A DNA stretch of 64,000 nt from an uncultured Chloroflexia bacterium (GTDB lineage Bacteria; Chloroflexota; Anaerolineae; CG2-30-64-16): positions 192,001-256,000 of the forward strand of contig CAVZDU010000010.1 in the NCBI GenBank assembly GCA_963774265.1, in the 5' to 3' direction. Below are positions 39,585 to 49,974 of this stretch, one piece after another. Each line of letters starts with the position of its first letter. Position 1 is the first letter of the stretch. The translations under genes and the position numbers were made by a program. The notes below the pieces were generated by a model that ran no database searches, was not told the origin of the DNA, and was given only the letters and a program-made list of their open reading frames with translations.

Positions 39585-41363
39585 TTACCGCGCCCGCAGC
39601 AGCGCCGGCAGGAAGTAGTCGTTCACAACCACATCCCAGCTCATCCCCATCGCCACCCGCTGCCCCTCCTGGAGCAGCCGGCGCCGGTCCTCATCGTTCT
39701 GCGGGAGTCGCTCGACGATGTGCTGGGCGACCTCCCAGCTTTGTCGCGCTTCGATCCCGTCGCGCACGGCTTGGTCGATGCGCAGAGCATCCCAGGCGCT
39801 CCACATCGGCCATTCAGGCGGAATGAACACATAATCGCCAACAATGACATTCTGAGGTAGCAGGCCGTCGTTCGCGCGATTCACAAAGCCCAGGCACCCG
39901 CAAATGCTCGAGGGGACGCATAGCGCGCCTGAGCTCAGTGGCTCGACCTGGGCGATGCCGAACGGCTCGTAGATCGACTGGCCGAACTCGAGATCGGTGC
40001 CCGTGCGCAAGTCCGCAAAGCGCATCGCCTCGGGCATCCTGTTGCCACAGCGCGCCCGTTCCCATCCGAACTGATTGACCAGGCAGATCTTGAGCGCCTG
40101 GCGTCCCCAGTGGAACGGCTCCAGCACATGGTGGAAGAAGTGCACTTCATCCTGGAGCAGGTCGCCATTGTCAGATCGATGCGCTACTGGCCAACCGTAC
40201 TCGGCCTCCCAGTGGAACACATCCTCCACGCGGCGGCCGGTCGGAGAGGCCGTGGACACGATGAACAAGACCGCCCTTTTCCCCTGGCTTGCGAGCGTCC
40301 ACTCCAGATGCTCGAGCACCTTGATATCGCGCCAGAGCGCCTTGGATGTCACCATGCGGGTTACATGTGAGAAGACATAATCAGGGCGATAGCCGTAGAG
40401 GTTCTGCGCATACTCGAGCAGCAGCTCGCGGCTTGCCAGCTTCTGTTCGAGCGAGGTCGACGCGGCCGGGACGCCGTTGAATACCAGGTCGATAGGAGCC
40501 GTGGAGAAGACTCCGCCAAGAAAACGCAGTTCTTCAACCGTTGGGTCGCCGACAGCGAAGATGCGATCGCAAACCCCGGCGCGCAGAAGCATGGCGTGCT
40601 TGTAGAACCACGAATGGTCGCCGAAGGTCTGGTCGAGGTGGGTCCCTTGCAGCCGGCCAAGGCGCAATGCGTTGTAGAAACGGGTGTCGTGGCCTTCGTT
40701 TTCCTCGACGAGCAATCGGGCAGTCGCGACTTCGTGCGCATAGAATATTGTACGGTAGGCGGAATCATCGCGCAGCTTCGCGCTGAAAACGACGGGCAAC
40801 CCCATCCACTCGTGCGCGATGAGGTAGCGAGTCACGCCCGGCGCCATGTCTTCAGTGATGGCCTGCAGCCCCGCGAAGAGCGGCTCACCCGCATTGAGGA
40901 AGAAGCTGAATTCCCAATTGTCTTGAAACTGACTGCAAGGGAGTCCCCAGCGCTGCCAGAGATAGAACTTGAAGCTGTTGATGACATTCCCATCAATGCC
41001 CCCGGCATCGACCAGCAGGATCTCCTGGTCCCGCCCGCCGATTGTGCGCGTGCCGTAGAGGAACTTGACGTTCATCGATCTTTCGATCGCCTGCAGGGCC
41101 GACACCACCGATTCCGGCCCTTCGTTCCATTCATAACCGTAGAGTGAGGAGTAACGAACGCGCAGCATGTTTTCCGACGCGAAGAGGCGTTCCATCTGCA
41201 CTGTGTCGAACGGATTGATCGGACCGATGAGGATTGAGCGGGTGACCGATGCGTTGTATTCAGGAGAATTCAGGAAGCCATCGAGCACGGCCCCAATGCC
41301 GCCGAGCTTAACGCCGGCTTCGTGGGTGATGTGGACGACGAGCGGAATAGTCTGTTGTAACAT
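39585..41363 (-). CDS. GT-B glycosyltransferase, glycogen-synthase-like
   Basis: HEAGVKLGGIGAV, AHEWMG, YEPFGIAQVE, SWDVV. Confidence 0.75.
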   Translation of the reverse strand: MLQQTIPLVVHITHEAGVKLGGIGAVLDGFLNSPEYNASVTRSILIGPINPFDTVQMERLFASENMLRVRYSSLYGYEWNEGPESVVSALQAIERSMNVKFLYGTRTIGGRDQEILLVDAGGIDGNVINSFKFYLWQRWGLPCSQFQDNWEFSFFLNAGEPLFAGLQAITEDMAPGVTRYLIAHEWMGLPVVFSAKLRDDSAYRTIFYAHEVATARLLVEENEGHDTRFYNALRLGRLQGTHLDQTFGDHSWFYKHAMLLRAGVCDRIFAVGDPTVEELRFLGGVFSTAPIDLVFNGVPAASTSLEQKLASRELLLEYAQNLYGYRPDYVFSHVTRMVTSKALWRDIKVLEHLEWTLASQGKRAVLFIVSTASPTGRRVEDVFHWEAEYGWPVAHRSDNGDLLQDEVHFFHHVLEPFHWGRQALKICLVNQFGWERARCGNRMPEAMRFADLRTGTDLEFGQSIYEPFGIAQVEPLSSGALCVPSSICGCLGFVNRANDGLLPQNVIVGDYVFIPPEWPMWSAWDALRIDQAVRDGIEARQSWEVAQHIVERLPQNDEDRRRLLQEGQRVAMGMSWDVVVNDYFLPALLRAR

Positions 41364-41580
41364 AATGTGCTCCGAGTTGAGCGAGATAGTGGGCACAGCG
41401 GAATATGATATCACCGGACTGCACCAACACCAATTAGCTCGCCGCTCCTCCCTTACTGCTCTGCACATCAGAGCTTTGACGCGATTCTGTGCATCTGCTA
41501 TACTCTCAATCAGCCCCCTACGCTTCGTTGGGCACATAAGCGGCTTGCAGATGTTGACATCGTCGACCTGAGTGAGATCA

Positions 41581-42540
41581 ATGCCAGATCAACGCACCAG
41601 CCATTCTTCGACGGGAAGCGTGCAGGTTCTTCCGCATGGCCCCTTCGGCCTCACGGGGTCGCAACAACGCGAAATTCGGAAATTCCTGACTGCGCTGCTC
41701 TATCTCACACCCTCGCTCGTCATCTTTGCGGCTTTCGTCTTTATCCCGCTGGTTCAGTCAATCCGGCTGAGCACCTTCCTGACCGATCCCCTGGGTCGCG
41801 CCGCCAAATTCGTTGGCTTGCTGCAGTACCAGCGGCTCTTCGACAACCCGAGCTTCATCAACAGCTTTAGCCGTTCGGTGCAGTTCGTGCTATACACCGT
41901 ACCGACAACGCTCGTCATCGCGATGGTGTTGGCGTTGCTCGGCAACCTCCGGCTGCGGCGCATTGATGTTTTCCGCATGGTCTTTTCGATCACGATCGCG
42001 GTGTCCGGCGCCACAGCCGCGCTCATCTTCACCTATCTATACACACCTTCACTCGGTTGGTTCAACTATCTGCTGAGTCTGGCCGGCATCGATGCTGTGC
42101 CATGGCTGATCAGCGAGAAGACCGCGTTGCCGGCTGTGGCGCTGACCACCGTCTGGCTGCAAGTGGGCCTCAATACGGTCATTTTGCTTGCGGGAATGCA
42201 GGGGATCGCTGAGGAGCTGTATGAGAGCGCGATGATCGACGGTGCAACGGCCTGGTCCAAATTCCGCCACATCACGTTGCCCTTGCTCTCACCCACCTTG
42301 TTCTTTCTGATGATTGTCGACATGCTCTCCGCGTTCCAGACGTTCACCCAGATTCACGTCATGACATCCGGGGGGCCGCTGGACTCGACAAACGTTCTCG
42401 TGTTCTCGATCTATCGTGAGTTTTACTTCAACGGTAAGTATGGTTTCGCCGCAGCCCAGTCGATTATGCTGTTCATTATCATCTTGGTCCTGACCAGCGT
42501 CCAGTTCGGGGTTGTTGAGAAAAGGGTACATTACGAATGA
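41581..42540 (+). CDS. Carbohydrate/glycerol-3-phosphate ABC permease (UgpA-like)
   Basis: EAA loop ELYESAMIDGA..FRHITLPLLSPT; SGGP. Confidence 0.9.
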   Translation: MPDQRTSHSSTGSVQVLPHGPFGLTGSQQREIRKFLTALLYLTPSLVIFAAFVFIPLVQSIRLSTFLTDPLGRAAKFVGLLQYQRLFDNPSFINSFSRSVQFVLYTVPTTLVIAMVLALLGNLRLRRIDVFRMVFSITIAVSGATAALIFTYLYTPSLGWFNYLLSLAGIDAVPWLISEKTALPAVALTTVWLQVGLNTVILLAGMQGIAEELYESAMIDGATAWSKFRHITLPLLSPTLFFLMIVDMLSAFQTFTQIHVMTSGGPLDSTNVLVFSIYREFYFNGKYGFAAAQSIMLFIIILVLTSVQFGVVEKRVHYE

Positions 42541-43370
42541 CCTTCGCCCAGCGTCGCACTGTGTCCGGTTTCTTCCTGTACTTGCTGCTGATTGTGGTTG
42601 CGCTCATCGTTCTTTTCCCGCTGTGGTCCGCGCTCACGATTAGCATGCTCAGCGATGCGGAAGTCGCGTTGTACCCTCCGCGGCTGTGGCCGTCAGGCCT
42701 GAACCTGGAGAATTTCAAGCGCGCGTTGGAACAGGCGCCACTGGGCCGCTATCTGCTCAACAGTGTGATTCAGTCAACCATCGTCATGATCGGCCAGCTG
42801 ATCACCGCCAGCCTGGCGGCCTACGCATTCTCGTTCATTGACTTCAAGGGCCGCAACGCGTTGTTCCTCGTATTCCTGTCAACCATGATGATCCCGTGGG
42901 AAGCGACGATCATCCCGAACTACCTGATGATCAAGGCGATCGGCTGGACAGACACCTTCCAGGGGCTCAGCGCACCGTTTCTGGCGACTGCCTTCGGCAC
43001 CTTTCTTCTGCGGCAGTTCTTCATGACACTCCCCAAGGAATTGCATGACGCAGCCACCATCGATGGGAGCAGCAATTTGCGCTTCCTGATCACGATCGTG
43101 CTGCCGCTTGCGCGGCCTGCACTGGGCACGCTTGCGGTCTACAGCTTCCTTCAGACTTACAATCAGTACCTGTGGCCCCTTCTGGTGACCAACGACCAGT
43201 CTATGCGCACGGTGCAGATAGGCATCGCGCTGTTGCAGGACCAGGAACGGTTCATGTTCAACATCGTCATGGCTGGAGTCGTAATCATTCTCGTGCCGAC
43301 GTTCACGCTGTTCATCTTCGGCAACCGCCAACTGATTCGGGGTCTTACGGCCGGCGCCGTCAAGGGTTAG
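42537..43370 (+). CDS. Carbohydrate ABC permease (UgpE-like)
   Basis: FLLRQFFMTLPKELHDAATIDG; GLTAGAVKG. Confidence 0.9.
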   Translation: MTFAQRRTVSGFFLYLLLIVVALIVLFPLWSALTISMLSDAEVALYPPRLWPSGLNLENFKRALEQAPLGRYLLNSVIQSTIVMIGQLITASLAAYAFSFIDFKGRNALFLVFLSTMMIPWEATIIPNYLMIKAIGWTDTFQGLSAPFLATAFGTFLLRQFFMTLPKELHDAATIDGSSNLRFLITIVLPLARPALGTLAVYSFLQTYNQYLWPLLVTNDQSMRTVQIGIALLQDQERFMFNIVMAGVVIILVPTFTLFIFGNRQLIRGLTAGAVKG

Positions 43371-43411
43371 TGCCGGCTGATTGACTATCAACTGCCATAA
43401 GGAGAGGAGAA

Positions 43412-44899
43412 ATGAAAAGGTCCCTTTGGTCCTGGCTCTGCGTCATCGTCGTGCTGAGCCTCGTCCTGTCTGCATGTGCCGCACCCGCGGCGCCCCAGCA
43501 GCCTGCCGCACAGGCAACCCAGGCGCCGGCCGCAGCAGCGACCACCGCACCTGCCGCAGCGGCCACCACCGCGCCGGCAGCCGCGCCTACCAACACCCCG
43601 CTGCCGACGCCGACTGGCGCCCCGATCCCGGAAGGCGCGGTCAAGTTCGGCTTTTGGCACAGCATGGCCGGCGACGTCGGCGGCAAGGCGATCCCCAAGC
43701 TCGCCACCGATTTCAACTTGTCGCAACAGAAGTGCTACGTCACACCTACGTTCCAGGGCACGTATGACGACTCACTGAACAAGCTGAAGGCGGGTCTGCA
43801 GTCCAAGGACATCCCGGCGGTCGTCCAGCTCTTCGACATCGGCACTCGTCTGCTGGTCGATCTGAAGGTCGCCACGCCTGTGCAGGACTTCATCGATGCC
43901 GAGAAGTACGATGTCTCCGACCTGGAGACGAACGTCCTGGCGTATTACACCGTGGACGGCAAGCAGTGGTCTATGCCGTTCAACACATCCAACCCGATGC
44001 TCTACTACAATAAGGACCTGTTCAAGGCTGCCGGGTTGGATCCTGAGAAGCCGCCGCGCACCTGGGCGGAATTCGAAGAGGCTGCAGCCAAGCTGACGCA
44101 GAAGGACGCCTCGGGCAAGGTCACGGTGCCGGGCGCAACGTTCGCCATCTACGGTTGGTTCTTCGAGCAGTTGCTGGCCGTCTCCGGCGGATACTACGCA
44201 GACAACGAGAACGGCCGCGCGGCGCCTGCTACCAAAGCCACGTTCAACAGCCCTGAGGGCGTTGCCGTTCTCGAATGGTGGAAGAAAATGTACGATGCCG
44301 GCACCATGGGCAACCTCGGCCGCAAGACCGTCGATGTCCGCAATGCCTTCATGGCCGGGCAGACCGGCATGATCATCGAGTCGACCGCGGCGCTGCGCGG
44401 CTTGATGGACACCGCCGTGGGTAAGTTCGAGTTAGGCACCGCGTTCCTGCCGCGGCCCAACGAGGGGGCCTTCGACAAATCCGGCACGATCATCGGCGGT
44501 GCGTCCGTCTGGATCCTGAACGGCCGGCCCGCGGAAGAACAGCAATGCGCGTGGGAGTTCATCAAGTTCGTCTCCGCGCCGCCGCAGCAGGCCTATTGGC
44601 ACACGATGTCGGGCTACTACCCGATCCGCAAGGCTGCGTACGACGAAGCGCTCGACAAGGAATGGCGCGCGAAGTACCCGGCTTTCCAGACGGCCATCGA
44701 TCAGCTTCACATCGCCCCGAACAACCGCTTTACCCAGGGCGGTCTGATCGGCGTCTTCCCCACCGCACGCCAGACCATTGAGGGCGCGATCGAGGAAGTG
44801 CTGGCCGGCAAGGGCACCCCGCAGGAGGTGCTGGACAAGGCCGCGGCGAGCGTGACGGCCGCGATTGAAGAGTACAACATCACAATGGGCATCAAGTAA
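43412..44899 (+). CDS. ABC substrate-binding lipoprotein (UgpB-like)
   Basis: LSAC lipobox, Ala/Pro linker, FWHSM, SMPFNTSNPMLYYNKD, IGGASVW. Confidence 0.9.
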   Translation: MKRSLWSWLCVIVVLSLVLSACAAPAAPQQPAAQATQAPAAAATTAPAAAATTAPAAAPTNTPLPTPTGAPIPEGAVKFGFWHSMAGDVGGKAIPKLATDFNLSQQKCYVTPTFQGTYDDSLNKLKAGLQSKDIPAVVQLFDIGTRLLVDLKVATPVQDFIDAEKYDVSDLETNVLAYYTVDGKQWSMPFNTSNPMLYYNKDLFKAAGLDPEKPPRTWAEFEEAAAKLTQKDASGKVTVPGATFAIYGWFFEQLLAVSGGYYADNENGRAAPATKATFNSPEGVAVLEWWKKMYDAGTMGNLGRKTVDVRNAFMAGQTGMIIESTAALRGLMDTAVGKFELGTAFLPRPNEGAFDKSGTIIGGASVWILNGRPAEEQQCAWEFIKFVSAPPQQAYWHTMSGYYPIRKAAYDEALDKEWRAKYPAFQTAIDQLHIAPNNRFTQGGLIGVFPTARQTIEGAIEEVLAGKGTPQEVLDKAAASVTAAIEEYNITMGIK

Positions 44900-45033
44900 G
44901 CTGCCCGCCGGCCCGGAACAGAACGCTGATGGCGCTGATCTGGCTGGTCTTCGGATTTTGGATTGCAGTAATGCCCTCCAAATTCTGCTAGACAGTATGA
45001 TCGGTGTCATCAGCGTTCTTTCTTGGAGGGATC

Positions 45034-45582
45034 ATGCCTGACAATTCGAATTTGGAGTTAGCCACCCTTGGCGGAGGGTGTTTTTGGTGTCTTGAGGCTG
45101 TTTACGATCAGCTGCGTGGAGTGAGTGATGTCGTTTCGGGCTACAGTGGAGGTCACGTCCACCAGCCAACGTACAAGCAGGTATGTGCAGGCACGACCGG
45201 CCACGCTGAAGTCGTGCAGGTGGCTTTTGATCCATCGGTCGTCACGTTTGGGGATATACTGCGGGTTTTCTTCACGATCCACGATCCCACGACACTGAAC
45301 CGACAAGGCGCAGATGTGGGCACGCAATATCGCTCAGCCATTTTCTACCGTACTGAAGAGCAGAAGACAGTGGCGGAGCAGGTAATTGCCGTCCTGACCG
45401 CCGAGAAACTGTGGGACGCGCCGATCGTCACGGAAGTAACACCGTTTGATCGGTTCTATCCGGCTGAGGATTACCACCAGGAGTACTTTGCGCGTAACCC
45501 GTATCAAGGTTACTGCCAGTTCATCATAGCGCCGAAGGTGGCCAAGTTCCGGCAGAAGTACTTGTCCCAGCTCCGGGAGTAG
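45034..45582 (+). CDS. msrA: Peptide methionine sulfoxide reductase A
   Basis: GGGCFWC, NRQGADVGTQYRS, AEDYHQ. Confidence 0.96.
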   Translation: MPDNSNLELATLGGGCFWCLEAVYDQLRGVSDVVSGYSGGHVHQPTYKQVCAGTTGHAEVVQVAFDPSVVTFGDILRVFFTIHDPTTLNRQGADVGTQYRSAIFYRTEEQKTVAEQVIAVLTAEKLWDAPIVTEVTPFDRFYPAEDYHQEYFARNPYQGYCQFIIAPKVAKFRQKYLSQLRE

Positions 45583-45655
45583 TTGTGCGGACCTCGGCAG
45601 GAGGGGAATCCGGACGGTCACGTCGGCTGAGCATAGGCTGTTGCGTTGTCTGCTA

Positions 45656-46567
45656 CTACGGCCAGGGTACTCTTACTGCAGAGCCGACGACCGCGGCGAG
45701 CAGGACCACGAATAGATAGAAGTTCGAGGTATGAAATAAGAGGTACGCCCGTCTCCTGGTCGGCTCCCGAATCAGCATTGCACTCTGCCAGAGGAGCATC
45801 CCGGTCATGAAAACCGCGGGCAACGTGTAGACCGGACCCATCTGGGGCAAGAATGCCAGCCCGAGGCTGGAAAGGCTCGCACCCAATCCATGCAGAAAAC
45901 CCCAGAAGGCGGCTGAACGGGGTGAAGCAGTCACGGGCAACATCGGCACATTCGCCCGCGCATAGTCCTCGCGATAGACCAGCGCGAGGGCCCAGAAGTG
46001 GATCGGCGTCCAGAAAAAGAGCAGGATGGCCAGCGCGATTACGGCCGGATCGCTCCAGGCGCTTGCTGCCGCGCCACCCGCCATCACCGCAGCGCTCCCC
46101 GCTGCCCCCCCAATGACGATGTTCAGGTTCGTCCGCGGTTTGAGCCAGACGGTGTAGACCACCACGTAGATCAGCGCACCCAGGGTTAGGAACAACGCCA
46201 AGGCTGGGTTGAACGGCAACACGGCGACAACGGGGGCCACAATCATGGCGGTTGCCACGTAAGGCACCCAACCCGGGCGTACAATGGCTCCGGTCACGAG
46301 CGGGCGCCTACGTGTTCGAGTCATCAGGGCATCACTATCACGCTCCAGGTACTGGTTCCACGCAGAACTCCCCATCGCCGCGAGGGCGCCCGTAACCAGC
46401 GTCAACAGCAGAGCTCCCCACCCGGGCCAACCGCGCGCGCCCAGAAACACCCCGGCTGTGGCCGAAAGCAACAGCAGGATCACGATGCGAAGCTTGAATA
46501 AGACAGCCAGCTCGGATAGTAGCGACGATGATGCGGGGCTGGCGACCCCCTTCTCCTGTTGGAGCAT
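45656..46567 (-). CDS. ctaB: Protoheme IX farnesyltransferase (heme o synthase)
   Basis: NQYLERDSDALMTRTRRRPL, YTVWLK, WTPIHF, YREDY..PMLP. Confidence 0.93.
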   Translation of the reverse strand: MLQQEKGVASPASSSLLSELAVLFKLRIVILLLLSATAGVFLGARGWPGWGALLLTLVTGALAAMGSSAWNQYLERDSDALMTRTRRRPLVTGAIVRPGWVPYVATAMIVAPVVAVLPFNPALALFLTLGALIYVVVYTVWLKPRTNLNIVIGGAAGSAAVMAGGAAASAWSDPAVIALAILLFFWTPIHFWALALVYREDYARANVPMLPVTASPRSAAFWGFLHGLGASLSSLGLAFLPQMGPVYTLPAVFMTGMLLWQSAMLIREPTRRRAYLLFHTSNFYLFVVLLAAVVGSAVRVPWP

Positions 46568-46648
46568 GACTCCTCCGGGTCTGCAAGCTGGATAGCAGTT
46601 GCAGGGGTGCTGGCGTTTGGCTGGCTAGCGGTCCCGGTGGAGCCGCGT

Positions 46649-47296
46649 TCACCAGCCTTCGTCGCCTGGTTTCTTACTGACATCCACACGCGTGGTCGCC
46701 CATTCCTCGGGCGTGTTAATGTTGCGCAGCGAGCGCAGCGCCGGGTCAAACTGCCGGAGCACAGACTCCTCAACGTAGCACACGCGCACCTCATCAAAGA
46801 AGCTCACCATGCGGCGTTTGCCCTTCGAAAGGGCGCCCTCAATCGCTGGCAGGCAGCTCTTTCGATACACTGCGTGGAGAGGCTCAGGCTGAGGCTCAGC
46901 CCGGTCAGGAAGGAGAATTCGGGGCACGATGGCGTCTTCGTCCGTGCAATGATCGATCATCGCAGTTACAAGCGAATGACTGACAAAGGGCATATCGGTT
47001 GCTACTGCGAAGACCACATTGTAATGCGCCGCTCGTAAGCCGGCGTGCAGCCCGGCGAGCGGACCTGCATTTTGATAGTGATCTGCAGCCACGAAGGCAG
47101 GTACAGGTAGCCGCCCAACGAGCGCGTCAAAGCGGAAGGGGTCGTTGCTGCTGAAGATGAATTCGCCAGCCAGCGGCAGTAAGCGACGGGCAACAAGCTC
47201 GACCAGGGGCATGCCGTCGAGGTCGAGCCACACCTTATCGCGTCCCATCCGACTGCTACGGCCGCCGGCCAGGATTAGAACAGTAAGTGGTTCCAT
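46649..47296 (-). CDS. mobA: Molybdenum cofactor guanylyltransferase
   Basis: LILAGGRSSRMGRDK, GPLAG, ATDMPF, PLHAVY, NINTPEE. Confidence 0.93.
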   Translation of the reverse strand: MEPLTVLILAGGRSSRMGRDKVWLDLDGMPLVELVARRLLPLAGEFIFSSNDPFRFDALVGRLPVPAFVAADHYQNAGPLAGLHAGLRAAHYNVVFAVATDMPFVSHSLVTAMIDHCTDEDAIVPRILLPDRAEPQPEPLHAVYRKSCLPAIEGALSKGKRRMVSFFDEVRVCYVEESVLRQFDPALRSLRNINTPEEWATTRVDVSKKPGDEGW

Positions 47297-47357
47297 AGTT
47301 CAAAACAAAGAAGCCCACACGTAGCAGTGTGGGCTTCCAGTTGCGAATATTGGACGA

Positions 47358-47597
47358 TCAGGCGCTTGCCTTCGCAAGATAGATAACGGCCTCGCCGACG
47401 GTCGTGATCTTCTGCGCATCTTCATCGGAGATGGTGCCCCCGAAAGTCTCTTCGAAGGCCATGATCAGCTCGACGAGATCAAGCGAGTCTGCCTTCAGGT
47501 CCTCGCGGAAACGTGCTTCGGGCACGATTTTTTCTACGTCTACATTGAGCTTGTCGATGATGATTTCCTTGACTTTCTCGTAAATTTCCTGGTTCAT
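47358..47597 (-). CDS. acpP: Acyl carrier protein
   Basis: [18 protein letters not shown]. Confidence 0.96.
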   Translation of the reverse strand: MNQEIYEKVKEIIIDKLNVDVEKIVPEARFREDLKADSLDLVELIMAFEETFGGTISDEDAQKITTVGEAVIYLAKASA

Positions 47598-47857
47598 GAG
47601 GTTCTCCTTGCACATTAGCAGTTATGGGCCTTGGAACTGATTGGCCGGGTCACGGCCACGTCGAGGCATTGTACCCAGTTGCGCGAGGGGTGTCAAACCT
47701 GATTCGCGCAGAGCTTTGACAGCGCCTTTCCGGACTGGTATGATGCCTGCCTGAGAAATTGACCGGCTGTCACACAGATCACGACCGGCCCTACATCATA
47801 ACACTGCTGCTGGGCCGAAGTTGCGAACACCTTCCTATGGTGAGCCTCGGAGCAGCC

Positions 47858-48883
47858 ATGGCCCATGATCACCGAAAAGCCGACCATATCCGCATCAATC
47901 TGGAAGAGAATGTGCAGTTTCCCACGGTCACAAATGGCTTCGAACGCTACCGGTTGGTGCACCAGGCGCTGCCCGAGCTGAATCTGCATGAGATTAACAC
48001 CTGCGTAGAATTGCTCGGCAAGACGCTTCAAGTGCCCTTGCTCATCTCGTCAATGACGGGTGGGACCGAGGCAGCGCTGGCGCTCAATCGCAATCTGGCC
48101 ATCGGCACGCAGGCGCGTGGTATTGCGATGGGTCTCGGTTCACAGCGAACGGGCATCGAGCAGACCGAGACTGCCGGGACCTTCAGAGTGCGCGACGTCG
48201 CTCCCGAGATTCTCCTTTTTGCCAACCTCGGCGCGGTCCAGCTCAATTATCGCTATGGCGTGGAACAGTGCCGTCGCGCAGTGGAGATGATTGAGGCAGA
48301 CGCGCTCATCCTGCATCTCAACCCCCTTCAAGAGGCTGTACAGGCGGACGGCGACTGGAACTGGAGTGGACTGCTCGACAAGATCGAGCAGGTGGTCAGG
48401 GACCTGGGGGTGCCAGTCGTAGCCAAAGAAGTGGGATGGGGTATCAGCGAAACTACCGCGCGGCAACTGAAGGGTGTCGGCGTGGCGGTGATTGATGTGG
48501 CCGGTTCAGGCGGCACATCCTGGACTGAGGTGGAGTATCATCGGGCTACGTCAGATGCGTTCCGGAAACTGGCTCGGGCTTTCGCAGACTGGGGCATCCC
48601 GACCGCAGAATCGTTGCTCATGGCTCAACGGGGCGCCCCAGGTTTGCCCTTGATCGCGAGTGGCGGGATGCGCACCGGCATCGAGACCGCCAAAGCGCTC
48701 GCCATGGGCGCTACGGCGGTGGGAGTAGCCTCTTCGTTTCTCAAGGCCGCTGCAGCTGGTCCCGAGGAAGTGATCGCTGCCATCGACCAACTCGCTGTTG
48801 AACTGCGCGTCGCCATGTTCTGCTCAGGTGCAGGGGATGTCTCAGCGCTCCGACGTCCAGGTCGCCTGATGAGACTCGAGTGA
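47858..48883 (+). CDS. fni: Type 2 isopentenyl-diphosphate isomerase
   Basis: RKADH, SSMTGG, GSQR, HLNPLQE, KEVGWG, GGTSW, ASGG. Confidence 0.95.
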   Translation: MAHDHRKADHIRINLEENVQFPTVTNGFERYRLVHQALPELNLHEINTCVELLGKTLQVPLLISSMTGGTEAALALNRNLAIGTQARGIAMGLGSQRTGIEQTETAGTFRVRDVAPEILLFANLGAVQLNYRYGVEQCRRAVEMIEADALILHLNPLQEAVQADGDWNWSGLLDKIEQVVRDLGVPVVAKEVGWGISETTARQLKGVGVAVIDVAGSGGTSWTEVEYHRATSDAFRKLARAFADWGIPTAESLLMAQRGAPGLPLIASGGMRTGIETAKALAMGATAVGVASSFLKAAAAGPEEVIAAIDQLAVELRVAMFCSGAGDVSALRRPGRLMRLE

Positions 48884-48899
48884 TTACGAAGGGGCCATC

Positions 48900-49934
48900 A
48901 TGAACCTAGCGGAAGCAGCCTCCACCTATCTTCCTCATATTGAAGCCGAGTTGCGCTCACTGCTTGAAGTGCGCACATCGGAAGCAGCGAGGCACTACGA
49001 GATCATGCAGTACCACATGGGATGGCGCGATCACGAGCTGAAGCCGGCGAATGCTCCTTCCGGTAAGCGCATCCGCCCACTGCTTTGCGTCCTGGCATGT
49101 ATGGACGCCGGTGGTGATCCTACCAGAGCGCTGCCCGCGGCCGCAGGTCTTGAGTTATTGCACAACTTCTCTCTGCTCCATGACGATATTGAGGACAACA
49201 GCTGCACCCGCCGTCACCGGCCCACAGCGTGGTCTCTCTGGGGGGTGCCGATTGCCTGCAATGTGGGCGATGGCATGTTCGGTCTCGCTCATCTGGCGTT
49301 TTTTCGCCTCCTGGATTACGGGGTGCCCCAAAGCGCCGTCTTGACTGCCTTGAAGTCCTTTGTCGATATGAACCTGGCGCTGACCGAAGGACAATATCAG
49401 GACATATCCTTCGAGGGACAGCTTCAGGTGTCGGTGGATGGCTACTACGCAATGATCAGCGGGAAAACGGGAGCACTCTTGTCCGCCGCATCAGAGATCG
49501 GAGCGATCATTGCCGGCGCGACAGCTGATAGCGTATGCAGCTACCGGGAGTATGGCGCGGCGCTCGGCCGTGCGTTCCAGTTGCAGGATGACATTCTGGG
49601 AATTTGGGGCGACGAGCAGGAAACCGGCAAGTCGGCAGCCAGTGACATACTGAGTAAGAAGAAGACTTTGCCCGTGGTCATCGCTTTGAATCATCCGGAC
49701 GTAGGCAAACGGCTGCGAACCCTTTATGCCGGACCCGGATTCATGCCTGACGATGTGCCTGCGGTGTTGTCATTGCTCGATATTGCCGGCGCTCGGCAAG
49801 CGACGGAGCGTGCCGTGAGTGAAGCGACCGAGCGCGGTCATGCCGCGCTGCAGCGCCTGTCCGAAATGGGCGGCGCATCGACGCATGAGCTTCTGGCCGA
49901 ACTACTTGACACGCTGGTGAGCCGTAGGAGCTAG
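48900..49934 (+). CDS. Polyprenyl (GGPP-type) synthase
   Basis: GKRIRP, HDDIED, GQYQD, KTG, FQLQDD. Confidence 0.93.
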   Translation: MNLAEAASTYLPHIEAELRSLLEVRTSEAARHYEIMQYHMGWRDHELKPANAPSGKRIRPLLCVLACMDAGGDPTRALPAAAGLELLHNFSLLHDDIEDNSCTRRHRPTAWSLWGVPIACNVGDGMFGLAHLAFFRLLDYGVPQSAVLTALKSFVDMNLALTEGQYQDISFEGQLQVSVDGYYAMISGKTGALLSAASEIGAIIAGATADSVCSYREYGAALGRAFQLQDDILGIWGDEQETGKSAASDILSKKKTLPVVIALNHPDVGKRLRTLYAGPGFMPDDVPAVLSLLDIAGARQATERAVSEATERGHAALQRLSEMGGASTHELLAELLDTLVSRRS

Positions 49935-49974
49935 CCGGCAGAAGAGCACCATCGCATCGCCAGGCCCCCCTACG

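Noticed and set aside
43480-43625. Repetitive GCC/GCA-rich tract
   Set aside because: Ordinary Ala/Pro/Thr lipoprotein linker coding sequence.
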